DNA from: Veleropilina oligotropha | Lineage: Eukaryota | NCBI GenBank assembly: GCA_048128005.1 | Contig: JBEUKZ010000010.1 | Span: 310,001-374,000 of the forward strand | Direction: 5' to 3' | Length of the DNA: 64,000 nt | In this document: piece by piece, positions 13,363-26,485 of the stretch | Position numbering within the stretch: the first letter of the stretch is position 1 | How the letters are laid out: each line of letters opens with the position of its first letter | Made by a program: the position numbers and the translations under genes | The notes under the pieces: generated by a model | The model's database searches: none | The model's input: the letters and a program-made list of their open reading frames with translations, nothing else | Told to the model about the DNA's origin: nothing

Positions 13363-14293
13363 AACTAGAGCTATCACAGGAGTGATCACATGCCCCCACG
13401 AAAACGTTTGACCCGGGAACAGGCTGTTGCATACATACATGAAGTTTCATGTCCCTCAGTCAAATAGTATGAGAGCTATGGAGCGGAAGGGAATTTTAGA
13501 CTGATTGTGGTCAACTGTGAAAAGTAGGACGCAGTGAGCTACTTTCTGTACGCGACATACCTTTCAGTTATGACGCATACACATATGAAGTTTCAAGTCC
13601 CTCGGTCAAATAGTATGGGATATATGGAGCGGGAATTTTGGACAAAATGTAGTAAAGCGTAAAAAGTAGGTCATGGTGACCTACTTTTGGTACGAGACAC
13701 ACCTTTGGGTTATGACGCATAAAAACATCAAGTTTTGTGTCCCTCGGTAAAATAGTATGGAAGATATGGAGCAGAAGGGATTATTGGACCAAATGCAGTC
13801 AAGTCCGAAAAGTTGGTCGCAGTCACCTACTTTCGGTATGCGACACACCTTTGGGTTATGACGCATAAACACATCAAGTTTCGTGTCCCTCGGTCAAATA
13901 GTATGGAAGATATGGAGCAGAAGGGAATATTGGACCAAATTCAGTCAAGTCCGAAAAGTTGGGTCGCAATCACCTATTTTCGGTATGCGACACACCTTTG
14001 GGTTATGACGCATACACACATCAAGTTTCATGTCCCTCGGTCGAATAGTATGGGAGATATGGAGCACAAGGGAATTTTGGATTAAGTGCAGTCAAGCATG
14101 AAAAGTAGGCCGTGGTGACCTACTTTCGGTACGCGACACACCTTTGGGTTATGACGCATGCACACATCAAGTTTCGTATCCTTCGGTAAAAGAGTGTCCG
14201 AGATATGAAGCGGAAGGAAATATGCAACAGACCGACAGACAGACAAGCTGACTCCTATATGCCGCCCTACACTTCGTTTGTGGGAGTATAATA
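13363..14293 (-). mobile_element. HINE with an internal ~146-bp tandem array
   Basis: On the minus strand: ttatactccc start with hairpin, (GTCT) microsatellite, about six diverged ~146-bp repeats (gtccctcggtcaaatagtatgg at 13451, 13597, 13739, 13885, 14032, 14178), gggggcat subTIR, hairpin atcac-tcct-gtgat and ctagtt end. Confidence 0.88.
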
Positions 14294-14759
14294 ATGTAAG
14301 GGTTATAACAATCAAAAGCAGTTCCCAAGTAAGAAAATACAGATATGGTATCTGTAGCATAACCAGGTACAGTGGTATACACATTGCTCCTAGGTATGAT
14401 ACATATTTACAACATACCAGACTCGGATTAACTGTATGGCTCTATCATATGAAATTCAGACTTTTTCTTCATCTCACAGTAAGTCACTATCAGACATGTC
14501 AGATTTCTTTCACTGCCATGGATTGAGATGATGAAGATGAATTGAACTTTTAACGACCATGCCAACAGTATTTCAGTCATAAATTGGGTTAGTCAACTTT
14601 GAATGATGAAATGAATTGGTGCTGTATGCAATGGAGGCAAAATCCCTGGCACTCCTGGGGTTTGAACCAATGACCTTCCACTGTATCCATTCGACATATG
14701 AGAATGCAATGCTTTCAACTCTGCTAACATTGATGCGTTCTCCTTTATAAACCCACACC

Positions 14760-14964
14760 GGTAACCAACTCAATAAGAGCGCTTCACTGCTCTTCCTAAC
14801 AGAAGTGGGTTTTTAATCCATGGCTGGACAATTTGTTCAATTAGCAGTCTCTGGTCGGTAAGGGTGGTTTTTATCGCGCAGTAATATAGACAGGTGGTGA
14901 TGTCAACCCGAAGGTTGTTAAAAACAGGACATTCAGCGTCGATCCAAACCAAACCAAACCGAAC
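14760..14964 (+). mobile_element. SINE group B copy abutting the MRPL28 splice donor
   Basis: Similar to 7849-8018. Ends in gtcgatccaaaccaaaccaaaccgaac, within 10 nt of the exon boundary. Confidence 0.7.
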
Positions 14965-14972
14965 ATATGTAC

Positions 14973-15105
14973 CTTGCAGCTGCTGGATGAGTTCCAGCCT
15001 GAAGACGTCTTTGAGGGGTATCGGCGGGTTCTGCTCCTGGTGGGTGGCCTTCGCCTTCCAGATCGCCTGGTCCACGGTCAGACCCACCCACTCAGCCTCC
15101 TCCTC
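14973..15105 (-). CDS. MRPL28: Internal coding exon of mitochondrial large ribosomal subunit protein bL28m (MRPL28)
   Basis: Translates [44 protein letters not shown], matching the C-terminal region of metazoan MRPL28 (human, recalled: [42 protein letters not shown]). Acceptor tttgcttttcag| and donor G|gtacat. Confidence 0.93.
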
Positions 15106-15132
15106 CTGAAAAGCAAACCACAGAGGACGGTC

Positions 15133-15186
15133 AGCCGAGGCCATCATAACATAGCTGAGCCGAGGCCATCATAACATAGCTGAGCC
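15133..15186. repeat. 25-bp perfect tandem duplication
   Basis: agccgaggccatcataacatagctg x2, in the branch-point region of the MRPL28 acceptor. Confidence 0.95.
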
Positions 15187-16099
15187 TTTTTCATTGCAGT
15201 GGGCAATTCCATAACCCTGAAATCTGAAATGCTACACAACCAGAATGTTTTGGCTTCAAAGTGTGTAATTCACTATGCAATACTCTAGTATAGCAAATAT
15301 CATGAATATTTCGATGCAAGTTTTGTCATTATAAAATGATCTACCTATACCCAAAACATTTAACAAGCAGATTTTCCTTATAAAGCAAACCAGATTATTC
15401 AGTGATCGTGTCAGATATTTCTCAAAAGGACATTCAAAGATGTTCTGCAATCTTTATAACTGACTCGGTAATTCATGACCGACGGTGGTATGGGTTTAGC
15501 CAGTGTAACAGGAACTCAATCCAAGATAATATGAACATGTCTCAATGTTCTATGACTCCAATGTTAACCTAGACACTTATCAAGGTCACTTTGAAATAAA
15601 ATGAAGTTTTAATAATTTCAATGGATGCTATAAACAATTAGGTTCTCACAAAATATAATATTTTTGTCTATGGTTATCAGTATCTAACTACATTTTCTAT
15701 GGTGCTTACTAAGTTCACTGTTTTTTGGACTAATTATAATTCGCAATCTTAACAGTGTGGGTCTTCAAAATAACATACATACTTAGTATATCTTAGTACA
15801 TGTGATGTATATATTATCTTAGTATCAGATATATGAAAATAGAGTATCAGCAAATATGATATAATGGGTTTCTGCATTGTAATAATATATTTGCGTATTT
15901 TATTCAACAAGTGATGTTTCACTTCTCATTTTCAGATAAAATGCAACTTACATACTACACTGCATTTTTTGGCCTCATCAGCACGCCATAGCAGACAATG
16001 TTTTTTCCTATCCTCACAATATGCACCCAAGCATCACTATTTACAAAGCAGCAAATTAAATGAATCTGTGACAATTGAAATCAGATGGCAGAAATTAAA

Positions 16100-16760
16100 A
16101 GAACAAATGATTTATCGAAAACAATTAACAACTTAACTGTTGCATAACTAGGAAATTGACAGCAATTACGCACAACAATGAGAAGACACAGCAGACAATA
16201 ACTATCTAGAATCATCTGTACTGAAATACGAAAACAGAAGCAAATCTCTCTCAACGCATGAATCAAGTGATAATGTCTGCCCCTATAACGCAATTTGAAA
16301 GATTATAGCTAGAGACAACTTTCTTATCAAAAGGCAATTAATAAGCTATTAAAATGCAATCCACATTGATTGTGAAGAGATAGAAGCTAAGTTCTGAGGA
16401 TACTTGATAGGGATGCTGGGAGAGAAACGCACATTAGAGACCACAGACTGCACAACCAACATCCTTAGCTGAAGACAAGATCTCAGACAGATAAGGGGAA
16501 CATGCTGTAAACAAGCAAGGAACATCATTACGCAACCCGCTGTATATATTACGCAAGGTCAGGACTTCAATATTACTCCAGAAAGAATTCACCAGACCAT
16601 CATCCTCCTTTGAGAAGAAGGTCGCTTATATTGCAATCCAAAGTCATAGAAAAGATGAGGCCAAAGGAATATAGAATCATCCAAGATGCTGATTCAGAAA
16701 TCAAAGGTAAGGAAAGAAATGTTTTATAAGAAAATACCAAAATATGGTTTAGGATATTTT
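16100..16760 (+). mobile_element. Decayed Penelope-like retroelement fragment (region N-terminal to RT)
   Basis: Purine-rich plus strand with broken motifs KSLSTHESS, QTDKGNML (cf. ADKGN) and PSSSFEKKV (cf. DPTxxxExKV). Confidence 0.45.
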
Positions 16761-16821
16761 CATATCCCTCTGCTAGCAATGTCAAACATTATTTAATATC
16801 GACAAAACTAGACCAATATTT

Positions 16822-17098
16822 CAATATACAACACAAAAGGTATTCATTTATAAATCCGTACCCTAGCTATATAGCTATATGTGGTGAATATTTCATTTCC
16901 AATCTTATTAAATGTATATTTATCCAACTTTAACAACATAGATGGCATATGTAAAACTTATAACCACCATTTCAGATTCAATACAGTACAACACAAAATG
17001 CATTAATTTATAAAACTATAACCTAGCTATTGTAAATATTCCATTTTCAGTTTTGTTAAATGTACATTTATCCAACTTTAATAACATAGATGGCATAT
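16822..17098. repeat. Diverged ~155-bp tandem duplication
   Basis: tacaacacaaaa..ttataaa..cctagctat..aaatgta..tttatccaacttta..acatagatggcatat occurs twice. Confidence 0.85.
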
Positions 17099-19891
17099 AT
17101 GTACTGGATGTGTACGATGATCTATGACTTGCAGTTATAAAAGTTGTACGAAGTCTTTCTTTTCTTCAGCATTTTTACGATAGTATAACATTCTTACTCT
17201 AATCAACTTTACTGCCGTTTACAATCAGAAAGTATAATATTAAAAGTCACCTCTTATTAATAATGGTAATAAAGAACTGGCTGATCGGACAGAAAGACCC
17301 ACCGTTGGTTTTACGCGTCTCGGACACTCGACGATTAATCAAACCGGAACAATACTACGGAAGAGGGTTCAGTAGGATTGCCCACTCTATTGTCCTCTGG
17401 CAACAAAGATAGAAACTCTTGCACTACTCGATACAATGGTGCTCAGTGACAAAGTCTCTGAGTGTCAATAAACATGTCAATAATCAAATTATTTCAAATT
17501 GCTTAGTTTATGAAAACACTTCAGAGATTGAGGAAATTAGCAAAATTTTCAAAATAAAATTGATAGCTGATAAACTATACCTCAAATTTTTGTAAATGTA
17601 TTCTCAATTTTAAAAACCATTGGTCCAAGAAAGTCAGATTTTTAGGCAATCTTGACAATTTTCATAAAAATATCGTGAAAACATTAATCCATAAAGTATA
17701 TTTACTTGAGAAGCTCCTTTCTTTGAATATCAGCATCACTTTTAAAATGTTATAATGAATGTATAACTATTAATATTTTTGCTTGCAAAAAACAAAGAAA
17801 CAACAGGCAATAAAATAGTGAATTCGTGATTTCATGTGATTTACACAGGATCACTCAGATCCTGGCGTCCACGATTTCCCATAAATTACAATAAGTGTCC
17901 ATGCCTCCAGCGATAATCATAAGGGTCAGAGGCAATTAGAAGCCTTTAATTTTGCTGTGATCCCATCCATTGTAATGGCTGCAGGGGAAAGAAATACAGC
18001 TTCATGCTCTAATGCCCAGGCCATAATTGAACAGGGGGACAGGTCAATTTGGTTGACCAATGCCCACTCACAGAGAACAATAGAAATTGATGATGTCCAG
18101 TACTGGTCAGTTTAAATTGCCACAGCAACCAACAATGGGGAATATAGCAGTATGCCCACAGGGCAGATGATAGTGGCGGAATGACACTTTCCATCAGCAG
18201 TTCTACTATTCCTAGGTGTGACAAATCAGCCCGAGGCAATAAGGGCCATTACGATTAATAACCTGATGGGGCGAGCAATCATTCATATTTTCTTCCACCC
18301 TCCGTGCAATATCCTATGATGAAACAAAAACAATCAGGGTGCTTCGTAATTAATCATAGGCAATCAAGGTATGCCTGCCCAAAGCAACTGGTGGTGATCC
18401 AACAATTGATCGATAAATCACGTCTGGCAGAATATCACGCTTTACGAGTGAAGTGGTTATAAAATATGGGGGCATAGTCAAGTATCGACACCCGCAGACT
18501 TTGAGATGAAAGGGGATGTTTATTAACCATTCGCACCTGCGTGCAGAGTTCAAAGACACAATGGATATTTAAGACGTTCAGTTTCCGATTTCGCAGTATT
18601 GTTTAACTGTTAATGTAGTTTAGATGGAAAACACTTGAATAATAAAGGAGTTAATCACTCGAGATCAAAGATAACAGAAAACATTGTAAAATGGCAAAAT
18701 GATTGACCATCATTGATTCAATTGAATATCAATGACCCAGTTGATGCATTAATCAAGTGATTTGATGTAAAATCATGCCACCAGCTAAATTAATGATGAT
18801 TAAATGTACATAATATAGTCATTATTCATTTAGGTACTTTCAAAGCAGTTTTTCTTCACCTGTGGTAAATAAACTAATACTACATAAATTTATATATGCA
18901 GTAACACATATAACCAATAATATTTTTGAATTTACCTCAGTATATATTATCAAAATATTTGTCAGTATAACACACAAGCATTCAATGTTTTGGATTATGA
19001 ATTATTATCAGAGCAGAAAACAGTACCTGTAAATACCAAATAAATATTTATGCTGTTATGTCTGTTGAAGTAGGAAAGATTATCCCAGTAGATTTTAGAA
19101 TAGTCACTAATATTCGTTCTCTTCACTGACAAAGTCGCATACATTGATCAGTAACATCACTCATGTTGCATATCATACAATAAGTCTCATACAAACTTAT
19201 ATCAGGATTTACTTTTCATCTATGCTGAGGAAAAAGAAAGCTATATCATGGGATTCGGTAAAACATTATATTTACAAGTCCATTATAAAAAAATATATAT
19301 AAAAAAGTTTAATTCCAAATTATTCCATAGATATAGAGATGTACAAGGATTTAAAATAAGACCTTAAATTTGGCAACATAGGTTTAAAAGGCTTTAAATA
19401 CCAGACATGTCATTTTAAAATGGGGCAGTGTGCCTGCGTTGAGGACAAACAGTGAGTTTCTGTTGACCATTTCACATCAGGACGATTTTCTCCACTCAGT
19501 CAGTGGATATAACCAGACCCTCAAACATTCCAGCCGAAGGGACTGTAAACAGTTGACACCTAGAACCCATCCGAAAATTCAACATTAAACATGCATACCC
19601 TGACATATGCCAGGTCGTTTTCCAATGGTCATTTTCTGTCATCGTGGCAAAAAAAAAGTACACTACAAACTAAACTTACTAAAAGTTCAATTATGAATCG
19701 TTTAGGGTAGTAAAACTTCTTTACTACAGTTTTACTAAAGTTTATTTAGGAAACTCCATAATTTTGCCAAACAGTAGAGAGCGACTGAGGACCCTAATGG
19801 AGCAACGAAGAACAACAGGCATATCTCAGTTGAGAGTATATCTCCTCAATACTATCTGGAATAATTTGAGCCAAGTTTATAACATGACCAG

Positions 19892-20178
19892 GCCCCGCTT
19901 GCATAAAGATACTTAAGTTGAGATTTTCCTCAAGTCAGATTTCATGACGTCACGTTCAAAATGGCTTGCATAAAACTTCTTACGCTAAGTATCTTAGGAA
20001 ATATTGCATTATTTCCTTACATATTTCAGACTGCTAGGTAGCTTCCTGCCTCAAATATTTCAGGAAATAATGCATATATTTCCTATAAGACGTTTTACGC
20101 AAGCCATTTAGAACGTGACGTCATGAAATCTCAGACTTGAGGAAAATCTCAACTTAAGTATCTTTATGCAAGCGGGGC
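19892..20178. mobile_element. PIF/Harbinger-type MITE with long TIRs
   Basis: Near-perfect ~90-bp inverted repeats (gccccgcttgcataaagatacttaagttgag... / ...ctcaacttaagtatctttatgcaagcggggc) flanked by the 3-bp duplication CAG. Confidence 0.9.
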
Positions 20179-20240
20179 CAGTTCCTAATATATCATCAAA
20201 ATTAAGTTTTTGACATATTTTGATGCCATGACTTTGATAA

Positions 20241-21530
20241 TGGTTGCAGGATAAGTCGGACCTAAGACAAGTCGGACCAAGACAAGTTGGACCAATGCAG
20301 AGACAAGTTGTACCAATGTCAAGACAACCCGGACCAATGTCGAGACAAGTCGGACCACATTTAAAAGACAACTCGGACGAATCACATAATATATTTCAGC
20401 TTGAATTCATCGATAACATATTTATATATTTTATTTAAAAGACAACTTGGATCAGTTATTTAACATATTTCAGTATGCGTTACGGTAATTCATAGCATAT
20501 TTTATATGAAAAGTATCGTATATTTGCAGAACAAGAAGCAACATGATACTTTGACTGTAATTAAAATTAACTTTACATTGTATAGAGTAAGTACTGAGCA
20601 TATAAATAATAAAGCAGCTATCAAAATTATATTAAACAATATGATTATTCGACTAATTACATTAACATGGTCCATAACCGGCGCCGCACTTCTCCAGTAT
20701 CTAATACGTCATTGACATTGATCTAGTTGTCTGTGTATACTTGTTATGTGTTAATCCAATCACTGCAATCAGATTAATCCTACTAAGAGCACACATCGTC
20801 ATTGTAATAAGGTTAAATGATGCCGACTTTCAGTGAATTCCAACAGCTTGGGGAAACGATGCCACGCTGCATTCACTGTTAATGGGGGCATTCAAGATAT
20901 TGACATCTTTGACCGACTCCTATGTCTTTATAAGTGTTTTTGCATTATGCACCTTGGTCGAAGTTTTTATGCATCGATTAAAATTGAAATTCGGAATTAA
21001 TTTATTATAATTTATTCATTTTCATAAGATTCAATTAGTGGTTAGAAATACAGCTTTTAATTTAATTTTACTCTTTACATTAATTTTGTAACCATCCGCT
21101 CCAACAGTCGTGTGCGGTTTCGGTTGGCAGACTCCGAAAATGACTGGGTTGACTCGCTGAGATGAACAGTAGTGGGTTGGGATTTCGCTTGGGACATGAC
21201 ATTATTAAAATTTTGTTCGTGTTATGAATCACAGCTGTACGTAACTGGTTGGAGAGGGTGGGTTTCTCCAGGAGAACAGGCCCTCCTGCCGCAATAATAT
21301 GGACATGTCCTGCTTTGAACCTGATGGTTATAACATTCCAGGAAATAAGCATTGACCATTTCCTTTCCTTTTAAATATTTGTTTCAACTAATGTTTGTAA
21401 TTTTGTCCAAGTTGATATTTAAACTTGAACATAGATGTCTTTAATTTAGTCAGAGATATTTGTTAAATTTTGTTAGACTTGTCTTTTAAAACTGGTCCGA
21501 GCTGTCTTGACATTGGTCCGACTTGTCTTA
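20241..21530. mobile_element. Non-autonomous DNA element with inverted subterminal repeat arrays
   Basis: Left array of agacaagtcggacca-like units (20251-20380); the same units inverted (tggtccgacttgtct) at 21475-21530. Right terminus appears truncated. Contains a nested SINE. Confidence 0.65.
21092..21372 (+). mobile_element. SINE related to group B, with a (TTTCC)-type tail
   Basis: Collinear homolog at 36291-36570. Shares gggtgggtttctcc and gacatgtcctgctttgaacctga with group B. Confidence 0.8.
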
Positions 21531-21969
21531 CATTCAGTTTTAAGCTCATCATGCAAAATTGTCAGTCATATTATATCCAAACCCTCAAAATCTTTGAACA
21601 TGCAGACCCGTACCACGATAAGTCTGGCTAAATAACATTTTCTGAATACAGGACTGATTTAATTATCTCAATTATGATGTACAACTTAAAAGATAGGCAG
21701 ATGAACACTTGTTAATATGACTATCTACACATTTTAAATGAATGCATTTGATCAACGAGAGCCTGGTCACAATATAAACCCATCATACCTTCTCCTGATA
21801 TAGTCATGAGGTAAATATTTGCCAAAGAAGTAATATTTTCATTAAAACCAATTTGTTAAAGAAATTGGATGAAATGTGGTTGTGTGATCATTCAGATACA
21901 GTATCACATCAATTTTACACAATCCAATAGACTTAACTAGGGTTCTATATGTCTATTCTAGCTGATTAT

Positions 21970-22890
21970 AACAAAAGCCATCAGAAGATGACGTATCCCC
22001 CAGTTGCGACGTTAACGAATTTCCCGCATGGAATGCCACATGCGGATAGCATGTAACATTAACGAAAATACATCAAGGGCAATAACTGTTAATAATTTCC
22101 ACACAATGTCAAGACTGGAAAAAGGCATCAGTTCACCTACTACGTAATACACCCAGCATGTTTCGTAACGTTATGTTCAGAGCGGTGTACGAGGTATGCT
22201 CTGGAAAAGATAACATTCACAAATTTATAGCAAGGGCAATAACTCTGTTAATAATCGTCGCACCACGTCGAGACTGGCAAAAGGCACCAGTTCACCTACT
22301 ACGTAAAACACCCAGTAAGTTTCGTCAGGTTATGTCGAACGGTGTATGAGATATGCTCCAGAAACGATGTTGATTACATACAGACCGACGAACAGAGACA
22401 GACAGATGGACGGACAGACTGGGCGATCTAGCCTAATACACCCAGCAAGTTTCATAAAGTATTGTCGAGCGGTGTACGAGATACGCGCAGGAAAAAATAA
22501 CATTAACAAATTTACAGCAAGGGCAATAACTCTGGTAATAATCGCCGCAAAACGTCGAAACTGGCAAAAGGCATTAGTACACCTACTACGTTATACACCA
22601 GCATGTTTCGTCGAGTTATGCTGAGCGGTGTACGAGATACGCCCCGGAAAAGATAACATTCACGAATTTACAGCAAGAGCAATAACTCTGTTAATAATCG
22701 TCGCACAACCTCGAGACTGGCAAAAGGCACCTGTTCACCTACTACATAATACACCCAGGAAGTTTTGTAAAGTCTCGTACACTGTTCGACATATGCTCCG
22801 GAAACGATATAGATTACATACAGACAGACGGACGGACAGACAGACTGGGCAATGGCAAGATCTCCCCGGTTAGCATCATAGGGATAAAAA
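21970..22890 (-). mobile_element. HINE with internal repeats and two microsatellite tracts
   Basis: Plus strand begins acaaaagccatcagaagatgacgtatccccc (hairpin plus subTIR) and has repeated caagggcaataactctg / aaaggcaccagttcacctactacg units. (CAGA/CGGA) tracts at ~22380-22420 and ~22820-22845; ends tctccccgg..agggataaaaa. A related decayed copy lies at ~42700-43150. Confidence 0.8.
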
Positions 22891-23298
22891 TTAGCCTTGA
22901 TCTTATTGTCGCAAACATCCTTACCAAAGTTTATTGACAAATGAACAAAATCTGTCTGAGTTATCGAGCGGACATATCAAATATACATAATTCAAGAGTA
23001 ATAACTCTGGTTCTGAAAGTCAACTTTCGATGGTTATCGAACTAATCCGAGTTCATATGATCGCAAACATCCTTACCAATTTTGATGAAGAAAGGATAGA
23101 GTTGTCAAGTTGAAAATTTACATAATTCAAGGGCTATAACTCTGGCTGCAATAGTCTGATCTTATAATCACGAAAATCAAAACGAAGTTTGGCGATGTTC
23201 GTGCTCTAGTTATGATTAGGTTATCATGCTGCTGCATACGTATCATTTTACATACTTTAACAGGTTAAATCTCGCTGGTTTTCAAACTTGATCAGATA

Positions 23299-26200
23299 CT
23301 GTGTAGTATGTCAATTTTACATAATTCAAGGAGTATAACTCTGGTCTGATGCCATGGTTATTGAACTTGGCCAATATCTTATTGTTACAAACATCTTTAC
23401 TAGCTAATAAGTTCATCTTGATCAATATTTACAGCTTTATAAAAACAGCTCAAAAGACCCCTAAATACTCATTCAATGTTATTTCGTAATCATTGACATA
23501 TATATATATATATACGCATGGTTCGAAATAAACATGGTTTTGCTGGTCTGAATTAAACCAGTAAAAATTGCAGAAAACCAGTTAGTTTTAACAAATGGTG
23601 GTCCAGTGGACCATTGATTTTTACAATACCCGCTTACTATTAATTGTTGTCAGTGTACCACATACATTAGTTCATTGTAAAGTTATTATTATAGCCTATA
23701 TAATATATGTAGGTTATTATTATAGCCTATATAATATATGTAGGTTATTATTATAGCCTATATAAAATATGTAGGTTATTATTATAGCCTATATAATATA
23801 TGTAGGTTATTATTATAGCCTATATAATATATGTAGGTTATTATTATAGCCAATATAATATATGTAGGTTATTATTATAGCCTATATAATATATGTAGGT
23901 TATTATTATATAGCCTATATAATATATGTAGGCTATTCAGTATTGATCATTACTTTATTACCAGTAAATTTTAAATTTGACACGAGTTCAAAATTTCTGG
24001 TGGTCATCAGTTGGATCGTTGGAAACTACTTTATTATCAAATTTATGTCATACCTGTGTACATCTGAGTTCAGCGTAGTGAGTTACATATCATATAATTA
24101 TTGAATGATCTGATATCTCACATGACCTCGTCTTCACTACTGTCCCAACTGTTGACTAATATGGTTAAGGCCCGGACAAGCTGCCATATTGATCTATTAA
24201 ATTTTCAACTTAAATGCTGGTTTTCAAACGTCATTGAAATATTTCTCAATACTTTTTGCGCAAATCTCTTTGCTAAACATGTAATAGATCTAAGCACTAT
24301 GAAAAGTTAATTGATTGTCTACCCATTTCTTTTTTACGGAAACAGCTTCTTATCAACATTACACATCAGAAATATGAAAGATCAATTGATTATCTTCACA
24401 TTTCTTTTGATGGAAACAGTTAGCTTAGTATCAACATTATACATCAGCACTATGAAAGGTTAATGGATTATCCACATTTCTTTTGATGGAAACAGCTTAT
24501 TATCAACAGCATACATCAGAAATATGAAAGGTCAATTGATTACCTACACATTTCTTTTGATGGAAACAGCTTAGTATCAACATTAAACATCATCATTTTG
24601 TAGAAATTAAAAAATGTCATTTAGTATTATCTAGATGGCTCAAATGGATTAATAAAGCAAATATACTTAATAAAAATAGAAACGCACACCCCACTTTTAT
24701 ATAATTTCACTAGGTTAGCAATTTGCCAAAATTTAACGCAAGGAATCTTTCGGAGACACTAACTTTCTTTCTACTATTAATGCAATGAATGAAAGATATT
24801 TTTTTCCGACCCAAAAAATTTTCAGGGAATATTGAAATCCGAACCGTCCATGCGTGCCCGTCAGCCCGTGCAAATTGTCTTTTCCGGAGCGTATCATATA
24901 AAACGCTCAATATATCTTTACAAAATTTATTGTGTGTATTAACCAGTTGGTGCTGTGTATTATGTCAATTTTACATAATTCAAGGAGTATAACTCTGGTC
25001 TGATGCCATGGTTATTGAACTTGGCTATATCTTATTGTTAAAAAACATCTTTACTAGCTAATAAGTTAACTTGATCAAGATTTACAGCTTTATAACATTA
25101 CAGCTCAAAAAGACCTCTAAATACTCATGCAATGTTATTTCGTAATCATTGACATATATACGCATGGTTCGAAATAAACATGATTTTGCTGGTCTGAATT
25201 AAACCAGTAAAAATTGCAGAAAACCAGTCATTTTTAACAATTGGTGGTCCAGTGGACCATTGATTTGTACAATACCCGCTTAATATTAATTGTTGTCAGT
25301 GTACCACATACATTAGTTCATTGTAAAGTTATTATTATAGCCTATATAATATATGTAGGTTATTATTATAGCTTATATAATATATGTAGGTTATTATTAT
25401 AGCCTATATAATATATGTAGGTTATTATTATAGCCTATATAATATATGTAGGCTATTCAGTATTGATCATTACTTTATTACCAGTAAATTTTAAATTTGA
25501 CCAGAGTTTAAAATTTCTGGTGGTCATCAGTTGGATCGTTGGAAACTACTTTATTATCAATTTTATGTCGTACCTGTGTACATCTGAGTTCAGGTAGTGA
25601 GTTACATATCATATAATTATTGAATGATCTGATATCTCACCTGACCTTGTCTTCACTACTGTCCCAACTGTTGACTAATTTGGTTAAGGCCCGGACAAGC
25701 TGCCATATTGATCTATTTAATTTTCAACTTAAATGCTGGTTTTCAAACGTCATTGAAATATTTCTCAATACTTTTTGCGCAAATCTCTTTGCTAAACATG
25801 TAATAGATCTATCTAAGCACTACGAAAAGTTAATTGATTGTCTACCCATTTCTTTTTTACGGAAACAGCTTCTTATCAACATTACACATCAGAAATATGA
25901 AAGATCAATTGATTATCTTCACATTTCTGTTGATGGAAACAGTTAGCTTAGTATCAACATTATACATCAGCACTATGAAAGGTTAATGGATTATCAACAA
26001 ATTTCTTTTGATGGAAACAGCTTATTATCAACAGTATACATCAGAAATATGAAAGGTCATTTGATTACCTACACATTTCTTTAGATGGAAACAGCTTGAT
26101 ATCAGCATTAAACATCATCATTTTGTAGAAATAAAAAAATGTCATTTAGTGTTATCTAGATGGCTCAAATGGATTAATATAGCAAATATACTTAATAAAA

Positions 26201-26485
26201 AAAGAAACGCACACCCCACTTTTATATAATTTCACTAGGTTAGCAATTTGCCAAAATTTAATGCAAGAAATCTTTCTGAGACACTAACTTTCTTTCCTCT
26301 ATTAATGCAATAAATGAAAGATAATTTTTCCCGACATAAAAAATAATTGCAGGGAATATTTAAATCCGAACCGTCCATGCGTGCGCGTGTCCGTCAGCCC
26401 GTGCAAATTATCTTTTCCGGAGCGTATCATATAAACCGCTCAATATATCTTTAAGAAATTTGTTGTGTGTATTAAGCAGTTGGTG
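23299..26485. repeat. Tandem segmental duplication (23299-24952 and 24953-26485)
   Basis: Collinear copies, as shown by paralogous ORFs at 24101 and 25620. They differ by scattered substitutions and by minisatellite copy number. Confidence 0.95.
23682..23931. repeat. 31-bp minisatellite, 8 units
   Basis: gttattattatagcctatataatatatgtag x8. Four units in the duplicate copy (25328-25451). Confidence 0.97.

Noticed and set aside
14770..15147. 125-aa single-exon protein
   Set aside because: Only 14973-15105 is MRPL28-like; the flanks are intron and antisense SINE.
24101..25946. Paralogous 69-aa and 108-aa ORFs
   Set aside because: By-products of the segmental duplication; they differ by a frameshift and show no recognisable domain.
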